The notes under the pieces are model-generated. The model worked only from the letters and a program-made list of their open reading frames with translations, was not told where the DNA came from and did no database searches. The position numbers and the translations under genes are program-made. 62,080 nt of DNA. Origin: Planctomycetia bacterium (GTDB lineage: Bacteria; Planctomycetota; Planctomycetia; Pirellulales; UBA1268). Positions 57,013 through 62,080 of this stretch are shown here, piece after piece (the first letter of the stretch is position 1; every line of letters begins with the position of its first letter). The stretch spans positions 1 to 62,080 of the forward strand of contig JBJTDB010000168.1 in the NCBI GenBank assembly GCA_046092145.1. Reading direction: 5' to 3'.

Positions 57013-57626
57013 GAAGCCCCTCCGTCCATGTAGGCCGCCAGCGCCTCGCGAAGCTGGTCGCGTGCCCGGAAGAGGAGCGACTTGACCGCCGGCACGGTGA
57101 TCTCCATGGCGGCGGCGATTTCCTCGTAGGAACACTGCTCGAATTTTGCCAGGAGCACGGCCATCCGTTGCCGATCGTTGAGCGTGAGCATGGCCTGCTG
57201 CACGATCGCCTGCAGTTCGGTGCGGCCGGCGAGCCGTGCGGGGAGCAGTCCGCTGGCGGCCACGGCTATTTGGTCGAGGCCGATTCCGCTCGACGACGCC
57301 GACACACTGACGGGCATGCCCCGTTCCTTGCGGCGGTAGGCCCGTTGCCGCAGGTCGCTGGCGACGTTGTTGGCGATCGTGTGGATCCAGGTCGTGAACT
57401 TGGCCGACGGCGTGTAGGTCGTGCGGGCTCGGTAGACCCGCATGAAGACCTCCTGGGCGAGGTCTTCGGCGGTGGAATGGTCACCGGTGTGGTGGAGGAA
57501 AAGCGTGACGAGCCGATCCTGCCAGAGCGAGACCAACTCCTCGAACGCCTCCGCATCCCCATCCCGCACCCGAACCATGAGCGCCGTCGAGGGATCAAAC
57601 GACGAAATGTTGCTGGTCGCCGTCAC
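57009..57626 (-). CDS. ECF-type RNA polymerase sigma factor (sigma-70 group 4)
   Basis: Region 2 DAEAFEELVSLWQDRLVTLFLHHTGDHSTAEDLAQEVFMRVY. Region 4 L..RQRMAVLLAKFE.CSYEEIAAAMEITVPAVKSLLFRAR. GTG start at 57626. Confidence 0.9.
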   Translation of the reverse strand: MTATSNISSFDPSTALMVRVRDGDAEAFEELVSLWQDRLVTLFLHHTGDHSTAEDLAQEVFMRVYRARTTYTPSAKFTTWIHTIANNVASDLRQRAYRRKERGMPVSVSASSSGIGLDQIAVAASGLLPARLAGRTELQAIVQQAMLTLNDRQRMAVLLAKFEQCSYEEIAAAMEITVPAVKSLLFRARDQLREALAAYMDGGAS

Positions 57627-57678
57627 TCACACCGCCACATTTCAGTGCCAGGACTGGAGCACCCCTCGATCCGCCTCA

Positions 57679-57804
57679 CCGCCGTGCCGCCGCCCCACGG
57701 CGGCCCCGCTCGCCCGGATGTGCGAGCGGCCGCTCGTCGAGCGAAACCTTGGCTTTCGCTCGACGAGCAAGGCCTGCGGGGGCCATGGATGGCCCCGCAG
57801 GCCT
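57679..57804. repeat. array of four consecutive GC-rich hairpins immediately 3' of tRNA-Ala (minus strand)
   Basis: Stems: 57679-57686/57696-57703 (8 bp), 57706-57713/57722-57729 (8 bp), 57732-57746/57754-57768 (15 bp, perfect), 57770-57781/57793-57804 (12 bp). Confidence 0.75.
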
Positions 57805-57809
57805 AAAAC

Positions 57810-57882
57810 TGGAGCGGAGGAGGATCGAACTCCCAACCTCGGCATTGCGAACGCCGCGCTCTCCCAGTTGAGCTACCGCCCC
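57810..57882 (-). tRNA. tRNA-Ala (anticodon CGC)
   Basis: The reverse complement folds as a 73-nt cloverleaf: GGGGCGG TA GCTC AACTGGGA GAGC G CGGCG TTCGCAA TGCCG AGGTT GGGAG TTCGATC CTCCT CCGCTCC A. It has the G3:U70 alanine identity pair, anticodon CGC and a GTTCGATC T-loop. CCA is not encoded. Confidence 0.9.
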
Positions 57883-58007
57883 GATCGGGGAATGGTTGTG
57901 AAACCGGTTTCCCTCGGGAAATTTGATCCTACGGCACCCCCGACGGCCTGTCCAGCATCATCGGCTCTTCCCCCATCGCACGGGCCGCGACGCGCTACAA
58001 TGGTCCC

Positions 58008-61000
58008 ATGCACGTCCCCCCCATCGTTGTCCGCGGCGCACGGGAGCACAACCTGCGCGACGTCACGGTGGGGCTGCCCCGGGGGCGGCTGGTCTGCCTG
58101 TCGGGCGTGAGTGGCTCCGGAAAATCGAGCCTCGCCTTCGACACCCTCTATGCCGAGGGTCAGCGTCGATACGTCGAGAGCCTCTCCACGTTCGCCCGAC
58201 AGTTCCTGGGCCAGCTCCCGCGGCCCGACGTCGATTCCGTCACGGGGCTCTCGCCATCGATCTCGATCGCCCAGAAGTCGGCCGGCACCAACCCGCGCTC
58301 GACGGTCGCGACGATGACCGAGATCCACGACTTCCTCCGCGTGCTCTATGCCCGCGTCGGCACGGCCCATTGCCCGGAGTGCGATGCGGTGCTCGAGGCC
58401 CAGCCACGTGATCAGATCGTCGAGCGGATTCTCGCCGCCCGCGGCGGCGAGCAGGTGATGGTGCTGGCGCCGCTGGTTCGCGATGCGAAGGGAGAACACC
58501 GCGATCTTTTCACCGACCTGGTGCGGCAGGGCTTCACACGGGCGCGGGTCGATGGCGGGGTCTGCCGCGTCGAGGATCCGCCGGCACTCGAGAAACTGCT
58601 CAAGCACACGATCGACGTGGTGGTCGATCGCCTGGTGCCATCGGAAGCGTCCCGCAGTCGCGTGGCGGAGGCGGTCGAGCTGGCCCTGCGGACCGGCGGA
58701 GGACAGGTGATCGTGGCTCGCGACGGCGACGAGCCCGACGATCTCATCCTCTCGAGCCACTATGCCTGCGTGCGGTGCGGCGTCAGCTACTCCGCGCCTG
58801 AGCCGCAGCTGTTCAGCTTCAATAGCCCCCAGGGGGCCTGCCCCACATGCGATGGCCTCGGCGACATCTACGGCATCGATCCGGAGAAGCTCGTCACGGC
58901 CCCGGAGAAGTCGCTGAAGAAAGGCTGCATGGGCGTCCTCGGATCGTTCCGCGACATGCCCCGATGGATGCGGCGGCTCTTCAACGGCGTGGCGGTGCAT
59001 GCCGAGAAGAAGCGGAAGTGGCCGGCGGGCACGCTCCTCGACACGCCGTGGCAGGATCTCACGGCGGTGCAGCAGAAGGTGTGGCTCACGGGCACGGGCG
59101 TCGAGGAGATCTCGATCTCGTGGCGGCGTGGCCGGGCCGAACGGGGCGCGCGAACGAAGTTCGAGGGCATCCTCGCGATGCTCGCCAACCGCTGGCGCAA
59201 CGCCAAAAGCGGCATCATGCGGCGGATGCTCGAGAAGCTGATGCGGGTCACGCCCTGCCACGACTGCATGGGGGCGAGGCTCTCCCGACAAGCCCGTGCG
59301 GTGAGGATCACCAGCCGTTCGGGAGCGGGAACCGTGCAGCCGGCGACGAAGTCCCGGGCCCGCCGCTCGGCGGGAGTCGATCTCTCTCTCGATGCGCTCT
59401 GCGCGCTCCCGATCGCCGATGCCCGGTCATTTCTTTCCGACCTCGTCCTCGACGACACGCAGCAATTGATCGCGGCGGAACTCTTGAAGGAGATCCGCTC
59501 CCGTCTTCAATTCCTCGACGAGGTCGGCCTCGGGTATCTCGCCCTCGATCGCAAGGCCCCCACGCTCTCCGGTGGCGAGAGCCAGCGGATCCGGCTCGCC
59601 GCCCAGATCGGCTCCGGCCTCTCGGGAGTGCTCTACGTGCTCGACGAACCCTCGATCGGCCTCCATCCGCGGGACAACGTGAAGCTGCTCGGGGCGCTGG
59701 AGCAACTCCGCGACAAGGGCAACACGGTCGTCGTGGTCGAGCATGATGAAGACACGATCCGGGCCGCCGACTGGGTGGTCGATTTCGGGCCCGGCCCCGG
59801 GAAGCGCGGCGGCGAGGTCGTGGCGGAGGGCACGCCCGACGCGATCGCCCGCAGCGACCGCAGCGTCACGGGGCGTTTTCTCTCCGGCCGCGACGCGATC
59901 GAGGTGCCCGAGAAGCGGCGAAAACCATCGGGCGTGTCGCTCAGGCTCGAGGGCGTGCGGCACAACAACCTCACCGGCATCGATATCGACATCCCGCTGG
60001 GGCTCTTCGTCTGCGTGACGGGCGTGTCGGGAAGCGGGAAGAGTTCGCTCGTCGGCGACGTGCTCGAGCCGGCGCTGCGGCAGCTTCTCGGCAGCGAGGT
60101 GGCGAGCCCCGGTGCCTTCAACTCGATCGACGGCGCGTCGCATCTCGACAAGGTGATCGTGATCGACCAGTCGCCGATCGGGCGGACGCCCCGGAGCAAT
60201 CCGGCGACGTATGTGAAGGTCTGGGACGACATCCGCAATCTCTTCACGATGCTGCCCGAGTCGAAGAAGCGGGGCTGGAAGGCGGGCCGCTTCAGCTTCA
60301 ACGTGGCCGGCGGCCGGTGCGAGGCCTGCGAGGGTAACGGCTCGACTCGGCTCGACATGGATTTTCTCGCCGATGTCTGGATGACCTGCGAACAGTGCGG
60401 CGGCGCGAGGTTCGCGAAGGACACGCTCGAGGTCCGCTGGAAGGGAAAAAATGTCGCCGAGCTGCTGAACATGGAGGTCGGCGAGGCACGAGAGATCTTC
60501 GCCGACGCGCCCGACATCGCCCGCAAGCTCGAGACGCTCTGCGACGTCGGCCTCGACTACCTGCACCTGGGCCAGCCCTCTCCGACGCTTTCCGGCGGCG
60601 AGGCCCAGCGGGTGAAGCTCTCGCGGGAGTTGGCCAAGCGATCGACGGGTAGGACGCTCTACATCCTCGACGAGCCGACGACGGGCCTCCACATGGCCGA
60701 TGTTCGGCAGTTGATCACGGTGCTCGAGCGGCTGGTGGAGGCCGGCAATACCGTGCTCGTGGTCGAGCACAACCTCGACGTCGTGAAGCGTGCCGACTGG
60801 GTGATCGACCTCGGGCCCGAGGGTGGCGCCGGCGGCGGCAGGATCGTGGCGGAGGGCACGCCCGAGAAGGTGGCGAAGGTGAAATCGTCGCACACCGGCC
60901 GCGCCCTCGGCCCGGTGCTCGCGGCTGCCAAGGATCGGGAGGCGGCCTCCCGAAAATCGCCTGCGGTGCGGCGTCGCAAGGCGACCGATGCCGCCGCCAT

Positions 61001-62080
61001 CCGGCAGGCGACGCTCGACGCCGTCGCGAAGGCATCGCGGGATCCCGGCCCTCCGGCGATCATGATCCGCGGTGCGTCGCAGCATAATCTCAAGCAGGTC
61101 GATGCCGACATTCCGCGTGGCGCGATGACCGTCTGCTGCGGCCCGAGCGGCTCGGGGAAGACGTCGCTGGCGTTCGACACGCTCTATGCCGAGGGGCAGC
61201 GCCGCTATGTCGAGAGCCTCTCCCCCTATGCCCGGCAGTTCGTCGGCCAGGTGCCGAAGCCGGTCTTCGAGCGGATCGAGGGGCTTTCTCCCGCCGTGGC
61301 GATCGAGCAGCGGGCGGGAGGGAGCACGCCGCGATCGACCGTCGGCACGCTCACGGAGATGTACGACTTTTTCCGCGTGCTCGCCGCCCGGCTCGGGGTG
61401 ATGCACTGTCCTGATTGCAGCACGCCCGTCGGGGCCCAGAGCGTCGATCAGATCGTCGAGCGGCTGCTCGCCTTTCCGGCGGGCACGCGGCTGCTTCTGC
61501 TTGCGCCGGCGGAGCTGCGTGTCGGCCAGTCCCCGGAGGCGTTTTTTGCCAGTCTGCGGGCGGCGGGCTACGTGCGGGTGCGGATCGACGGCACGACCAT
61601 GCACCTCGACGACAAGCCCTCGCTCGACCGAAAGCGGAAGAGCCGGATCGAGATCGTGCTCGACCGGGTGACGGCCAATCCTGCCGACCGCAGCCGGCTC
61701 GCGCAGAGCGTCGAGGCGGCCTTCGACGCCGGTGGCGGCACGATGCTCGTGGCCCGCGCGAACGACGGGGCCGACGAGCCCGAGTGGCCGGTCGAGGTGC
61801 ATAGCCGGAAGCTCGCCTGCCCGTCATGCGGCCGGGGGTTCAAGCCGCTCGAACCGCGGCAGTTCTCGTTCAATAGCCCGCTCGGCTGGTGCCCCGGCTG
61901 CGATGGCCTCGGCACACGGACGGGCGTGGAGCATGCCTCACTCGTGCGGGATCCATCCGTCTCGCTCGGCGAGGGGGCGCTCGAACTGTGGCCGTCGCTC
62001 TCGGCGCCGGTGGGCCGGGCGATGCTCGAATCGCTCTGCCGGGCGACGGGCCTGCCGATCGACGTGCCGCTGGCCGATCT
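58008..62080 (+). CDS. uvrA: tandem-fused double UvrA (excinuclease ABC subunit A-A), 3' end outside window
   Basis: Read directly from the DNA, because the frame has no stop in the window and is therefore absent from the ORF track. Unit 1: MHVPPIVVRGAREHNLRDV...GVSGSGKSSLAFDTLYAEGQRRYVESLS, CPECD, LSGGESQR, second ABC GVSGSGKSSLV, LSGGEAQR, VIDLGPEGGAGGGRIVAEGTPEKV (~60870). About 60-aa linker. Unit 2 from ~61062: MIRGASQHNLKQVDADIPRG...GPSGSGKTSLAFDTLYAEGQRRYVESLSPYARQF, CPDCS, CPSCG, CPGCDG, continuing to the edge. Confidence 0.9.
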   Translation, partial: MHVPPIVVRGAREHNLRDVTVGLPRGRLVCLSGVSGSGKSSLAFDTLYAEGQRRYVESLSTFARQFLGQLPRPDVDSVTGLSPSISIAQKSAGTNPRSTVATMTEIHDFLRVLYARVGTAHCPECDAVLEAQPRDQIVERILAARGGEQVMVLAPLVRDAKGEHRDLFTDLVRQGFTRARVDGGVCRVEDPPALEKLLKHTIDVVVDRLVPSEASRSRVAEAVELALRTGGGQVIVARDGDEPDDLILSSHYACVRCGVSYSAPEPQLFSFNSPQGACPTCDGLGDIYGIDPEKLVTAPEKSLKKGCMGVLGSFRDMPRWMRRLFNGVAVHAEKKRKWPAGTLLDTPWQDLTAVQQKVWLTGTGVEEISISWRRGRAERGARTKFEGILAMLANRWRNAKSGIMRRMLEKLMRVTPCHDCMGARLSRQARAVRITSRSGAGTVQPATKSRARRSAGVDLSLDALCALPIADARSFLSDLVLDDTQQLIAAELLKEIRSRLQFLDEVGLGYLALDRKAPTLSGGESQRIRLAAQIGSGLSGVLYVLDEPSIGLHPRDNVKLLGALEQLRDKGNTVVVVEHDEDTIRAADWVVDFGPGPGKRGGEVVAEGTPDAIARSDRSVTGRFLSGRDAIEVPEKRRKPSGVSLRLEGVRHNNLTGIDIDIPLGLFVCVTGVSGSGKSSLVGDVLEPALRQLLGSEVASPGAFNSIDGASHLDKVIVIDQSPIGRTPRSNPATYVKVWDDIRNLFTMLPESKKRGWKAGRFSFNVAGGRCEACEGNGSTRLDMDFLADVWMTCEQCGGARFAKDTLEVRWKGKNVAELLNMEVGEAREIFADAPDIARKLETLCDVGLDYLHLGQPSPTLSGGEAQRVKLSRELAKRSTGRTLYILDEPTTGLHMADVRQLITVLERLVEAGNTVLVVEHNLDVVKRADWVIDLGPEGGAGGGRIVAEGTPEKVAKVKSSHTGRALGPVLAAAKDREAASRKSPAVRRRKATDAAAIRQATLDAVAKASRDPGPPAIMIRGASQHNLKQVDADIPRGAMTVCCGPSGSGKTSLAFDTLYAEGQRRYVESLSPYARQFVGQVPKPVFERIEGLSPAVAIEQRAGGSTPRSTVGTLTEMYDFFRVLAARLGVMHCPDCSTPVGAQSVDQIVERLLAFPAGTRLLLLAPAELRVGQSPEAFFASLRAAGYVRVRIDGTTMHLDDKPSLDRKRKSRIEIVLDRVTANPADRSRLAQSVEAAFDAGGGTMLVARANDGADEPEWPVEVHSRKLACPSCGRGFKPLEPRQFSFNSPLGWCPGCDGLGTRTGVEHASLVRDPSVSLGEGALELWPSLSAPVGRAMLESLCRATGLPIDVPLAD

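Noticed and set aside
57634-57652. TGGCAC on the minus strand just upstream of the ECF sigma gene, considered as a sigma-54 (-24/-12) promoter. Other TGGCAC hits near 12237, 14228, 22383, 31690, 45407 and 50067 were also considered.
   Set aside because: None has the strict GG-N10-GC spacing with a TTGC -12 element. The one at 57645 reads TGGCACTGAAATGTGG, and most of the others are inside coding sequences. I therefore found no convincing target promoter for the encoded activator in this window.
57873-61802. Two long minus-strand ORFs (57873-59291, 472 aa; 59427-61802, 791 aa).
   Set aside because: Both are antisense shadows of the fused uvrA reading frame. That frame has no stop in the window, so it is missing from the track. 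The plus-strand translation carries canonical UvrA motifs throughout.
1-62080. CRISPR arrays, rRNA genes, prophage or integrase/transposase genes, and toxin-antitoxin or restriction-type defence islands.
   Set aside because: I saw no regularly spaced direct repeats and no rRNA-like conserved stretches. No recombinase, transposase or phage structural motifs appear in any frame's translation. The window looks like core chromosome rather than an accessory island.

Overview
This is a very GC-rich, gene-dense chromosomal segment. All calls rest on motif recognition in the supplied translations and on reading the DNA by eye; no searches were run. The gene content and style look Planctomycetota-like: Pro/Ala-rich linkers, many signal-peptide proteins, LEPRR-type N-termini, and unrelated genes packed with 4-nt start/stop overlaps. 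I support about 50 CDS and one tRNA-Ala(CGC). I saw no rRNA, CRISPR array, transposase or integrase.

Recognisable housekeeping genes are thiS-thiG, hisF, epmA, uspA-like, metG, lnt, mtfA-like, lipB-like plus lipA, argH, a dinG-like helicase, glgA, pyrE and an ECF sigma/anti-sigma pair. Long Arg/Gly/Pro-rich ORFs antisense to these genes are GC-driven shadows.

The most system-like findings are:
1. A CheY-less chemosensory operon (cheA-cheW-mcp-cheR-cheB, with a divergent second mcp). It continues into a signal-peptide HEAT/pseudo-receiver protein and a sigma-54 activator that has no sensory or receiver domain (26020-37507).
2. A pilT-like ATPase translationally coupled to a membrane-anchored GspE/PilB-like protein with a destroyed Walker A, followed by two small membrane proteins (3127-7380).
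3. A head-to-tail fused double UvrA ORF that runs off the right edge of the window. It is absent from the ORF track because it has no stop inside the window (58008-62080).

Smaller oddities:
- A LipB homologue that appears to lack its Cys/Lys catalytic dyad.
- A lysine-free lipoyl-type domain coupled to lnt.
- A thioredoxin/trypsin-like protease fusion.
- An nfeD-nfeD-floA operon.
- A 680-bp gene-free region full of inverted repeats, and a second 20-bp-arm inverted-repeat element of the same build.
- Four tandem hairpins after the tRNA.
- Phased TGCCCA repeats and a 16-bp perfect palindrome in two divergent promoter regions.
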